This document shows positions 49,319 to 60,958 of a DNA stretch of 64,000 bases, piece by piece. Every line of letters starts with the position of its first letter. The stretch's first letter is position 1. The DNA lies in contig NC_135667.1 in NCBI RefSeq assembly GCF_964188315.1, forward strand, positions 12,462,001 through 12,526,000, given 5' to 3'. A model generated the notes under the pieces. The model was not told where the DNA came from. It saw only the letters and a list, made by a program, of their open reading frames with translations, and did no database searches. The position numbers and the translations under genes are program-made. Origin of the DNA: Podarcis muralis. Its lineage: Eukaryota.

Positions 49319-49558
49319 CAACCTAGCAGTTCGAAAGCACGTCAAAGTGCAAGCAGATAAATAGGTACCGCTCCAGCGGGAAGGTAAATGGCGTTTCCGT
49401 GCGCTGCTCTGGTTCGCCAGAAGCGGCTTAGTCATGCTGGCCACATGAACCGGAAGCTGTACGCTGGCTCCCTTGGCCAATAAAGCGAGATGAGCGCCGC
49501 AACCCCAGAATCGGTCACGACTGGACCTAATGGTCAGGGGTCCCTTTACCTTTACCTT
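49319..49558 (+). mobile_element. 5'-truncated Sauria SINE
   Basis: 12-bp TSD TAACGGAGGTGC; (ACCTTT)n tail. Confidence 0.92.
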
Positions 49559-50418
49559 TAACGGAGGTGCTGTCTGTAAGGTGAAAAAAGCAGCTAGCTG
49601 GAAGAATGGTTTAACAGCAAGTGAAGGATGTCAACTGGACTCTAAATAAGAAATGATGTGGTTATGAGAGGAGAGGATGGTCATATGTTTGGAACCGGAT
49701 TTTTTTAAAAAATATTTAAATAATTTAATTTGGTTTGATTTTTAATAATTTGGAAAATTAATTTAAAAATAAATTGGGGGGGGGGAACAATGCAAACCAA
49801 CAACAACAACAACACGCGAAATGTTGGGGGTTTTTGTATATAATTTTATTAAGCTTTCTGTTTTACAATTTAAAATACTCATTTTACATCCTTATGTCAG
49901 TGACTTCCCTTCTCTTTCCATGGCTCATTTTACATATCATAAATCCCTGCATATTTTACAAAAACGATATCATTCCCTCCCCCTCTTCTGTTTTCCTTTC
50001 TCCTCCTGTGATGGAACTCCTATTTGGGGACTTCCCAGGCTTCTTCTGGACCATGTAGGACCAGTCTGGATAGTTAGCCTTGGTGAAGATTTGACGTTTT
50101 CATCCCCAAAAAGGTGTTTGATTTGTGTTTCCATTGAAATGAGGCTGTATTTTAATGTTTTGATGTTGTATTTTAATCTTTTTTTAAAGTTTTATTTCAA
50201 TCTATTTGTTTTTATATCGGGTATTAGTCGCCCTGAGTCCGGTCTTGGCTGGGGAAGGAGGGGTATAAATAAAATTTTATTATTATTATTAGTATTATTC
50301 AGTATTCCATTATTACATCCATCAAAACATGTGTACACTGTTGAACTTATCTTAATGCTGGCAGCGTTTTCAGCTACAACACACATAATGTTAGGGCAAC
50401 ATTTGCATATTATTCATA

Positions 50419-51388
50419 CTAGTAGGCAACTCTCAACTTTTGCAAAATGGCCAGTCTTCTCAGCGCCTTGGCTGCTGCACCATGGATATCCTTGTTCCGC
50501 AGAGTATAAATGATAGGATTAAGCAAAGGGGTGACCACAATGTAAAAGACAGCAATTTTCTTGTCACGATCAGAGGTTGAACCCGACCGTGGAATCATGT
50601 ACATAGAGATGACAGTGCTATAGAACAAGGTGACCACGATCAGGTGGGACCCACATGTGGAGAAGGCCTTGCGCAGTCCAGTGGTGGATCTCATTTGCAA
50701 TACTGAGGAGAGAACAAGCCCATAGGATATAAAGATAATTGTCAGAGGAATTATAAGCAATAGTACGGATGCCACGAATATGAAAGCCTCCGTGAGGTGC
50801 GTGTCAGCACATGAAAGCTTCAGCACTATCGGGAGCTCACAAAAGAAGTGGTTGATGCGGTTGGGGCCGCAGAAGGGGAGGCGAACGGTGCTACCTGCAT
50901 TTATAGAACCTAGGAGGAAGCCACCTGCCCAACAGAGTGAAGTAAGCAGGACCTGGCGCCCCCAGCCCATGATGCTAGCATATAATAGAGGGTGGCAGAT
51001 AGCCAAGTAGCGGTCATAGGCCATGGCACTGAGAAGAAGGCATTCGGTACCACCTAGGGACAACGAAATATACATCTGGAGAGTGCAGTGGGTGAAAGAA
51101 ATGACTCCATTTCCAGACAGGAGGTGAGCCAGCATCTGGGGCAAAGTGCTGGTGACAAAGCAGATCTCCAAACTTGACAGGTGTGTCAGGAAGAAATACA
51201 TGGGTGTGTGGAGGGAAGAGTCAAGTCGGACAAGGATGATGATCACCAGGTTCCCCATAATGCTGAGGGAGTAGATGATGAAGACCACCACAAAGAGTAG
51301 AATCTGTGTCCTTCGGTCATTTGACAGTCCCACCAATACAAAATATTTGATCGAAGTAAAGTTCTCGTCCCCCATCCTAACCTTTTCC
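50419..51388 (-). CDS. OR-5 class II olfactory receptor main exon (classical ATG 51375, 318 aa)
   Basis: ctctgtag|[68 protein letters not shown]. Confidence 0.96.
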
Positions 51389-52487
51389 CTACAGAGAAAG
51401 GGCAACAGTGAGTCTAAGGCAAGCCATGTGTTACACATCACAATGTCAGTTAATCCCCAAACCAACCAATCCAACGCTGCGTGTGCATACTTATCTCATT
51501 TCAAATAAATGCAGAACTTTCTGCAAGGCATGAATTGGGTGACACATGCTCCATCTGCTTGTCACCTTCCAAGGCAATAAAATTGTGTCAACCAATTAAC
51601 ATGCAATGCTTAAACCAGGTTCATGCAAAGCTTGAGCAGAGGGTTGGTCCACTGTCCCTCAGACCTTGTGAGGGGCTGGACTATATTTTTTTGGGGGGGG
51701 GAGGGAGAATGAATTCCTATGTCCCACAAATTCCTACGTCCCACAAATAATGCATTTTAAATAAAAGGACACATTCTACTCATGTAAAAACATGCTGATT
51801 CCCGGACCATCTGCAGGCCGGATTTAGAAGGCGGTTGGGCCTTAGTTTGCCTACCCATGATAAATATAGTCTAAATCATGAGTTCACATTAGAGTTAACA
51901 GCCCAACATTGGTGCTGTTTTAGTTTTTTGTTGACCAATGAAACCCATGAGCCTAACTTGGCCATGTTCATTAATATCAATATAGGTACTCAGAACAAAA
52001 GTTAATTGAATTTCAACCATAATGTGCAATCAGGGTTAAGATAAGTAAAGCATGATTACACAGGTTTTATATCTGTAAATTTTCACCTCATCCAGTCAAC
52101 CCTCTTTACTTGGGTGTCATCAGTTCAATAGACAACTTTGTCAATTCCTGACTGTGACCATTTTCTTTTTATCAAATTATGGATCAAATATGACTGAGGC
52201 CAAACAGTGATTTTGAGAGGTGTGGATCATTACTTACTTCCTTAAAGCTAGTAGTGCTGCTTTCTTTGTCCAGATTTCTAACCAAATTTTATTGTGTGGT
52301 GTGTGTTTTTCTGTTCTCACATTTTATTATTTATCATACATTGCCACACATTCATTTTGATTTTAGTTATTGATATGGGGATAAATTTTAGCAGAGAGAT
52401 AGATGATAGATAGAGATGATAGATAGATATGCGCAACATTCACACACAGGCAAAATCCCAATTCCAAGTTGAAGAATATGATCTTAC

Positions 52488-52537
52488 CTTTGCACTTCAC
52501 TTTGTTGCTCCTCAGCAACCTCAAAGGAGTTTTTCAT
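52488..52537 (-). CDS. Predicted OR-5 upstream coding mini-exon (MKNSFEVAEEQQSEVQ-R)
   Basis: AGAATGA start context; 16 codons plus 2 nt; donor AAG|GTAAGATCATATTCTTCAA; in frame with the acceptor at 51388. Confidence 0.7.
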
Positions 52538-53852
52538 TCTTGTGCAACTGTGAATTATAGCTGAGTGGGTTCCAATCAGCTTTCTCATGTGAGACGTTGA
52601 ACAACCAAATGAACTTTCAGTGATCTCAAGGAAAAACCTGCTCTCCCTCTCCCTAAGGGGCTTCCACTGAGGAAGAGCTGCTTTGAAAAACAGGGTACTC
52701 AGTAGACTAATGCCTTGCGGTTTACTTCCTCCCAGAATTATGAACAAGGAGGTAGATTTTCCTAGATAAGGCAAGGTACAGGCTGAAAAAGAACAGGAGC
52801 CACTGTGTGCATTCTTGCCTTCTGCCAAAATCTGCTGCTCCCTGCTTTTGCTCCTATGCTGACAATTGACTCCCAAGTTAAAGCTGTTTCCCCTCTCCAC
52901 CTGGCTTTCCTGCTGGGCCACAGAATTTTCCCACTCTCCTGCTCTCTGTCTCTCTCACACATGCAATCTTCTGGCCTTAGTTAGCACTTGTTTGTTAAAG
53001 ATTTCTCCCACTTTTAAAGAATCAAATTGGTTGGTCAACACAAGGCCCAACCAATCAGTGCTGTGCCTCCCTGTTCTGGGCAAGTGGGGCAGGTTGATCT
53101 ATGACTGATACAAAGTCCAATCAGTACTGTGAACATCTAGATTCATCTCAAACAGGAAAATTCATCTTCTCCCTGCCTCCCATCCTGAAGAGAAAGCTGT
53201 GTGTATGTTGGCAGGACATCAGGTGGTTGTCCTTCCCTGTCCTATGAACTGGGATCCTTTAACTGGAGATAGCAGGGACCACAGACAAAGGTCTAGCTTG
53301 CTTTACCCGATTGTGGATGATTCTCCAACCAAGTTTCAATGCCTTCTAAGGTGAGGTTCACCACAACCTGGTTTGCCCAACTGCCTGCCTAATCCCAACA
53401 TTAAAAGCTAGACAGCATAGCATCCTTTTTATTGTCTCTAGGATTTTTTGCATTGTTTTTCTGTTGCTTGAGATTCATTAAGATGAAGCAACTACACCGC
53501 AGGGACTCCCTTGGTGCCTTTCTCCGAGCCATGAATAGTTGTTTATTTCCTGAACCTCATGGGGATTCAAGCTCTTAGCATAGAAATATGGAAAGATAAT
53601 GCTGGATTCAACATAGAGTTCTATGCATTCTAATCTAAAAAACAAAACAAAATACATTCCTCATTCTATTATTTGAATGCATGCAAACTGGGTATATCTG
53701 AATGCACATCCATAGGTTTCATCTTTTACTTAGCTTTTATGATGCAAGGTATTCTCATAGGAACACGGGGACCTGTCTTATAGTGAGTTAGACCAGTGGT
53801 CCATCTAGGTCAATTCTGTCTACACTGAGAAGCAGAAGCTCTCCAGAATTTC

Positions 53853-54127
53853 AGAAGAAGAAGAAGAAGAAGAAGAAGAGTAGTAGTAGTAGTAGTTTGG
53901 ATTTGATATCCCGCTTTATCACTACCCGAAGGAGTCTCAAAGCGGCTAACATTCTCATTTCCCTTCCTCCCCCACAACAAACACTCTGTGAGGTGAGTGG
54001 GGCTGAGAGACTTCAGAGAAGTGTGACTGGCCCAAGGTCACCCAGCAGCTGCATGTGGAGGAGCGGAGACACGAACCCGGTTCACCAGATTACGAGTCTA
54101 CCGCTCTTAACCACTACACCACACTGG
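53853..54127 (-). mobile_element. tRNA-derived squamate SINE (Squam3-like) with (CTA)n(CTT)n tail
   Basis: Minus-strand head GTGTGGTGTAGTGGTTAAGAGCGG...GGGTTCG (pol III A and B boxes); near-identical to 58836-59112. Confidence 0.85.
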
Positions 54128-55230
54128 CTGGACTTCTGATGCAGAGCAGAAGCTATAGCCTTTCATAGCCAACAGTTTATTGATGACAGTGAAGAATGGG
54201 AGAAGATTAATTTTGGTGTTTATTTAAGAATTTTGGTATTTCTTCATTGTCTGATCCTGTGTGTCCCGTCCCCCCCCCATCACTCCCCATTGCCTGATCC
54301 CACTGCCTGCTACCTGTTGGAGTCCGAAGATCTTCACCATGGAGCTTGCTCCATGCGCAAAGACTCCCTGCACAATTTAGAATGCTGATAGTGTAAGTGT
54401 TCTGAATTCTACAGTTCTTAATCTTGTGGGTTAAGCTGATTTATTCTGATCTAACTGCTACAATCTGCATTAATAAGGTAGTATCAGAGAAGTAAGGTCA
54501 TGGACTATCCTTCATTGGGGGTTTTCAGACATAGGTTGGAAGGCCATTCTTTAGCAATAATGCCTGCATTGCAGGGGTTTGGACTGAGCCTTTTGGGACC
54601 CTCCCAACTCTGCAATTCTACAATTCTCAGTTGGAGCTATGTTTGTGAGGCACAAAGCAAGGATTCCCATGGTTTCCCCATGGTACTTTCTGGCTTCTCA
54701 CCAAATCCACCTGCAGAAGCAATTAGAAAAGAACAGAAAACTCTAGGGGTGGAAGTGTATGTGAAAATGATGTATTCATACTAAAGGATCCTGGTAAGCC
54801 ATTTGAAATTGCTTTAAATTTACTTAAATTATTTTGCCAAATTTGAAGGTTATAAAATAAAATTACAACAATCAGAATGGATTTGATACCACATACCAAA
54901 ATAATAATAATCAAAATGACATAATAGGGTGGGGTGGAATTTCCATAGAGAATTCCCATAACATATCAGATATACGAATTGCTCTCATCACTGGAGAATA
55001 AAAATTCAAATTCCATGGACAGAAGTCCCTAAAAGGTATATGGACCACTCAAAATTTGGAGGAGCTAATTCAATTTAATCATTTAAAATCAATGTGAGAT
55101 GTTAAGAAAGGTCTAACCACTGCTTAGGGGGTGGGGGTGGGAGAAATATCTGCCACCTCTTTGTGTAACTATGTGGTGAAGACTAACACTTGAGCCATCC
55201 CATTCATGTCACAGGCAACATTTAGTTTCG

Positions 55231-56179
55231 CTACTCAAAGCTCCATCTTCCCAGCACCTTGGCTGCTGCCCCATGAACGTCCTTATTCCGCAGAGTATAA
55301 ATGATGGGGTTGAGCAATGGAGTGACCACAACATAAAAGACTGCAATTTGCTTGTCCCGGTCAGGAGCTGACCCTGACTGGGGGATCATGTACATAGACA
55401 TGACAGTGCCATAGAACAAGGTGACCACCACCAGGTGAGAGGCGCAGGTGGAGAAGGCCTTGTGCCGTCGGGCAGTTGACTGCATTCGCAACACTGAGGA
55501 GAGAATGAGTCCATAAGACGTTAGGATAACAGAAACGGGAATTAGCAGGGCCAGCACAGATGCAACAAAAAGAATGGCTTGTGTAATGTGTGTGTCGGCA
55601 CATGCAAGTTTCAGCACCACGGGCAGCTCACAGAAGAAGTGGTTGATGCGGTTTGGACCGCAAAAGGGGAGCCTGAAGGTGCAGGCCACGTTTATCGAAC
55701 CCAGGAGGAAGCCACCCATCCAGCAGACTAAGGCGAGCTGCAATTGACGCCACCTGCCCATGGCAGTAGTGTACAGCAGGGGGTGGCAGATGGCCAGGTA
55801 GCGGTCATAGGCCATGGCAGCTAGGAGAAGGCATTCCGTGCCGCCCATGCCCAGTGCAATGTACATCTGGATAGCACAATGGGCAAAGGAGATGGTCCCA
55901 TTGCCAGAAAGGAGGTGAGCTAACATTTGAGGCAAGGTGCTGGTGACGTAACAGATCTCCAGGCCCGAAAGGTTTGTCAGGAAGAAGTACATGGGCGTGT
56001 GGAGGGAAGAGTCAGCCCACACAAGCATAATGATCACTAGGTTCCCCATAATGGTGAGGGAGTAGATGATGAGGATGACCACAAAGAGTAGAATCTGTGT
56101 CTTGCAGTGACTGGTTAGTCCAACCAAGATGAACTCTGTGATAGTGGTGAGGTTCGCCAACCCCATCCCAGTCTCCTGC
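55231..56179 (-). CDS. OR-6 class II olfactory receptor main exon (classical ATG 56166, 311 aa)
   Basis: ctcttcag|[68 protein letters not shown]. Confidence 0.96.
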
Positions 56180-58234
56180 CTGAAGAGAAAGAGCAACATT
56201 GAGAAACCAATGATGTTCTCTGGGAATGGGACAACCTTAAAAACAGGTGATGTTTCACTTCCTGCAACACTAGGACAAATCCCAAACCAATCAACTTTGC
56301 ACAATCATCTCAGCAGCAAGATACTGATGGACTACAACTCCCAACACCCCTGACCATTTGCTAGGCTGGCTGGAACTACAACTTCTGGAAGGTTTTATCT
56401 CAAAGCACATAAGCCCTGCTTATTTCAATTGTTCCATTTATAACCTGCCTTTCTTCCATTATTCAGCCCAAGGTGATGGAACATGGTTCCCATGTGATCA
56501 CTCATGCAGGCACAGGCCTGACCCAGACCTTCTTGGCTTCAGCAAGGTAGTGGTCTAGTCTGCCTGCAGACCCTACAAGCCATGGCTAGAGAGAGTCAAC
56601 AGCTCCATCTGCTTCTCACCTTACAAGCCAAGAAGCAGAAAATGGCAAGGAAACTGCCTTTGCCACGTTTACTTCAATAATATGCAATTCTTAAACCAGG
56701 ATTGGGGAACCTCCAGCAGCAAGAGACCCCATGACAAACAGGGCTATTTCTGGTTGCTTTTGTTAAGTATAGTTGTTTAACTGATGCTGAAATGGGAATG
56801 CCTATGTGTGTGTAAACAAAGGTTTAACATGGAGAATGGTGAGATGTGTATTGCTAACATTGTGGTTTTTCCACAGTAGTTTTCTAAGTGGTCTCTGAAT
56901 TTCTTAATTGGTTGATAATTAACTGTTGGTTGTTCTCTTAAACTGAATGCAACCTTTGATCATGTGATGAGGCTATTGAGTTGCCAAATCACCATCTTGG
57001 AAGGGTGGTGGCCGGATTCTTTGCTCTCCAAGGGCACACAGTCTTGGGGGCTGGAATGCAGGCCATGAAGCCTGTGTGTGAGAAACAGAGCTGTGTTTGT
57101 CAGCTTTGATTATAAGTTTGCTTAATTTCTAAGATGCTGAGCCTGTGCTGGACAGCACAAGATATTGTATGGATACTGTGGAGGTATCATTTATGCTTTT
57201 GTTCTGTTTTTGAAGAATGTTCTGCAAGTAAACTTTGAATAATATTTTAATGGGTCTCGACAATGTTTCATTCCAAAAGAACCCAATTTTTTATGCATCC
57301 AGTTGTTTCAAACTGCACAGCATTAATATCTGCAATAGTTCTGCCCAGGTTTCTAAGCTGTGGTAGGAAGCCATTTAAACCAGTTTTGGCATTGTCTCTC
57401 CAGAAGCGTCTCAGGAGCAAATGTTTTGAGCAAAAAGGAAATGAACTTTAACAGGACTCCCTGTTCATAGCAACTGTTGAATGGACAGGTGTGTGCACAG
57501 CATGAGATATAAGGATTTAACCCACCAGAGAAGGTGACAATGGCTGGGTTGAAAAGAGGTGCTGAGGGACATGACAGAAGACCTGAAATCTATAGAATAA
57601 AATATTGCCTTTATAAAAAACAACCCAAAACCCCAATGAGGCAACTTGTCAACTTGGACAGGATACCAAGCAGGTTTAGCTACACAATATATATTTAAGA
57701 TCTACACTGAAACTAAATATTGCAGTTATGCCAATAGGAGTTTCTTTTCTCTTCTCCACACTCTCCCACATCACAAGCAGCACTGTGTACAGCCAGGTTT
57801 TACTGTAGGCCAGGTGCGGGGAGCCTTTGGTCCTCCAGACCTTGCTGAACTACAACTCCTTGGCCATTGACCATGCATATTGAGGCTGATGGACTTTGAA
57901 ATTCAACATTTAGAGGGTCAAATCCCTGCTGTAGACCAACAGAACTGGTCTTCCCTAAGCTTCCCTGGGGAGGATTAGATACAGTACATCAGGCAAGAAA
58001 CTAGTAACAAATTAAAAGGAAAGAGGCAGAATTGCTGATATTCTCCACATGTGACCAAATATGTTAAAATCTGTAACTTTTCAAAATAGCAAATGTCCAC
58101 AATGTCAGTGACTGGAAGGTGAGGATGAACACAATTCAGAGAACTATGAATTTTGAAGGAAATTGGTTTGGGAAGTGCAAATTGGGTGGATTAGAGCTCC
58201 TGTCTAACACCCTTATTACAGAATATCATCTTAC

Positions 58235-58278
58235 CTTCGTGCCTCTCCAAAATGTTCCTGCTTGATTGTTTCCTGCAT
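58235..58278 (-). CDS. Predicted OR-6 upstream coding mini-exon (MQETIKQEHFGEAR-R)
   Basis: GCCATG start context; 14 codons plus 2 nt; donor AAG|GTAAGATGATATTCTGTAA; in frame with the acceptor at 56179. Confidence 0.65.
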
Positions 58279-58770
58279 GGCACTGCCTTATAGGAAGGTG
58301 TGCATCAGGAGTTGGATTAGTTAAGGCAGTTCTCTAATGCAAAATGTGGGGAAATCATACAGAAGGTTCCTAGAGACTGTCAGTGACTTCAGGAGAAAAC
58401 CTGTATTTCAAATGAGGGCAGCTGATGGAATGTTGCTCTACGCAGTTTAGGAAAGCTCCACAACCAAAGCAGGGTCTTCATAGTCAAATGTCTAATGGCT
58501 TCTTCCTTGAAGTTGAAATCTGGAACCATGTAACTTTTCCAAGCTGTGAAATGTCCAGGTCTGAATATCATCCAGAACTAATTATAGACTTTGCATGGGC
58601 ACAGACACAATGAGCCATTGTAGTATTGGTTGGAAATGGACATCTTAGCTGGTTATTTTTGCCCATTATAGTCTCAATTAGGAAGAGTCTGGAAGGAAAT
58701 AATCGTGCCTGGCATCTTCCAGTGAAGTCCCTGGATGTTAGTATAGCATAGGGATGGGAGCTAGTTTACT

Positions 58771-59183
58771 CAGTGCTATTTTTCTAGAAAATGAGGTGCT
58801 GGAACTCACTATAAACACCTCCCTTGTTCTCTTATTGGTGTAGTGGTTAAGAGCGGTAGTCTCGTAATCTGCGGAACCGGGTTCGCGTCTCCGCTCCTCC
58901 ACATGCAGCTGCTGGGTGACCTTGGGCCAGTCACACTTCTTTGAAGTCTCTCAGCCCCACTCACCTCACAGAGTGTTTGTTGTGGGGGAGGAAGGGAAAG
59001 GAGAATGTTAGCCGCTTTGAGACTCCTTAAAGGGAGTGAAAGGCGGGATATCAAATCCAAACTCCTCTTCTTCTTCTTCTTCTTCTTCTTCTTCTTCTTC
59101 TTCTTCTTCTTCTGGCAATGGCACCCACCTGAGAGGTGCCAGAACTGAGTTCTGGTGAATTCTGGCTGGGGGGAAAAGCCCTG
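58771..59183. mobile_element. hAT-type MITE interrupted by a SINE
   Basis: CAGTGCTATTTTTCTAGAAAA...AAAAGCCCTG with TSD AGTTTACT / AGCTTACT. Confidence 0.7.
58836..59112 (+). mobile_element. tRNA-derived squamate SINE (Squam3-like) with (TTC)n tail
   Basis: TGGTGTAGTGGTTAAGAGCGG...GGGTTCGCG head; body matches the reverse complement of 53895-54127. Confidence 0.87.
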
Positions 59184-59759
59184 AGCTTACTCTTAGTTAA
59201 AAAGCCCTTTGTGTCTAGCGCTATAGATCTTGCTTTCTGGAGCCTCACATAGATGCCCTTCCAAGTTTGTTCATGCAGGTCCTTTAACTATAGATATTGG
59301 AGATATTTTGCATGCAATGCTAGTACACTGTCACTATGTGCTGGTTCTTCAACCACCTTGACATAAGCGCTACCAAGCAAATCTATAAAGCTTTCAAAGC
59401 AACCATTCTTTCTATTCTTATCAAAAGAAGATAAACAACAGATTGGGTTTTGCTTTCTCCCCCTATAACTTGCCAAAGCTCTGAGGGTCAGTAAGACCAT
59501 GAAGAGTTTGGATACACTCCATAGGGATTACTTTCATCTCTTCGGAGTTTACCTCTGGATCATTATCAGTTTGTTGCCAGTTACCTCATCATCTTGGCTC
59601 TCGAGAGGTTAACTTAGGAAAATTGCAAGAACTTTCCAGCAACAAAGGAGCATAACTTGCCAAACATCATTCTGGCCTGCAGCCAATACCAGGTGCATTC
59701 TAAAGTTTGGATGGCATGTATATTTATGGTACAATAAAGGGAAGGTACATAAAGGATTT

Positions 59760-60420
59760 CATAATCATATAATTAGGAGATCATTAATTAAAGTATGGGA
59801 AAGATATGAAGACCTATTAGAACAAAAAAATGCCATGGTGAGTGGCCCCAACAGAAATAATTTCAATTAAAAGGACAAATATAGAAGGAAAATGGCCTAC
59901 TTATCGAGAGCTTTTGGTAGAAAGAGAAGGCAAATTAAAACTTAAGGATTATGCTCAGATAAGAGGATATGTTTATGATTGGCTGCAACATTGTCAGTTA
60001 AATGTGGTTTTTAAAGAAGACAAAAATAAATGATTTGGCTATACCATATCTACATTCCAAAGAGAAATTGTAGATGATAATAATAAACTCTTAAAGAAAA
60101 TGTATAATCTATTGTTAGAATGGGAGACCAAAGATGAAGAGGTTAAATCTGTAATGATTAAATGGGCACAAGATATAGGACACAACATACAAATGGAAGA
60201 CTGGGAAAAACTATGGAAAGTAAATTTAAAATTTACTGACTGTTTTTGTGAAAAGAGAATTATATGAAGATGATGTACCGATGGTATATTACACCTGTAA
60301 AAATGGCAAAGATGTATAGCACAAGCTCTAATAAGTGTTGGAAATGTAAAGAAAAGGAAGGTACATTTTTTTCATAAGTGGTGGAATTGTAAAATAATTA
60401 AAAACTACTGGAAAATTGTG
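59760..60420 (+). mobile_element. Degenerate L1-clade ORF2 C-terminal fragment
   Basis: MIKWAQDIGHNIQMEDWEKLWK...[16 protein letters not shown]...[18 protein letters not shown] (CCHC knuckle). Confidence 0.75.
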
Positions 60421-60958
60421 TTAAATATAATGTAAAATCCAATAAAAACTATTGAAAAAAGGTGCATTCTAAAATTTGGTGTAGATACCTGTGTTTCAGG
60501 CAAACATCACAAAACACATTACATTTAAAAGAGAGAGAGAGAATAATAACAATTATATAATACGATGGTAAAGACATGATTCCAACTAGGAATTTCTTCT
60601 GCTGCTTCTTCTTTTGAAAGCCAGTTCTTTTCTCTGCTTAAGGCAGGTCAGTTTTTAAGAAACCCTCTGATGCTAGTCTGGAATGAGGACCCACCTCAAT
60701 TGGAACACCAGTAGCTAAATAGTAGGCAGCTCTTCGTGCAACTCTTACCACCACCACCCCAAGCCCTGCTCCTCCCCTCAGGTCCTTGAATGATTCTGTC
60801 ATTGCTAAATATAGGAGATCAAGAGATACTTTTTATCAGATTTTCTGAGGTCCTATAAATCTATGAGCTTCAGTGAGTTCCCTCACTCCGTCCTGTTCGT
60901 CCTTCAACATCATAGATTTGTTTGGACAACCACAGTTTGCTAAACACAATGCTGCCTC

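Noticed and set aside
44923-50380. Search for an OR-4 mini-exon with the shared donor motif
   Set aside because: None found by eye; OR-4 has its own extra ATG at 44915.
49821-50513. 230-aa + strand ORF
   Set aside because: AT-rich, low-complexity repeat-derived sequence running antisense into the OR-5 3' end; no domain.
52484-52921. 145-aa ORF as a standalone gene
   Set aside because: No recognisable domain, and the frame is broken in the paralogous block. Only its last codons, before the donor at 52487, are supported as an OR mini-exon.
56761-57262. Possible solo LTR (TG...CA)
   Set aside because: No matching TSD, PBS or second copy could be verified.
58836-58900. tRNA gene
   Set aside because: The A/B boxes belong to a SINE head followed by a SINE body and simple-repeat tail; no cloverleaf 3' end.
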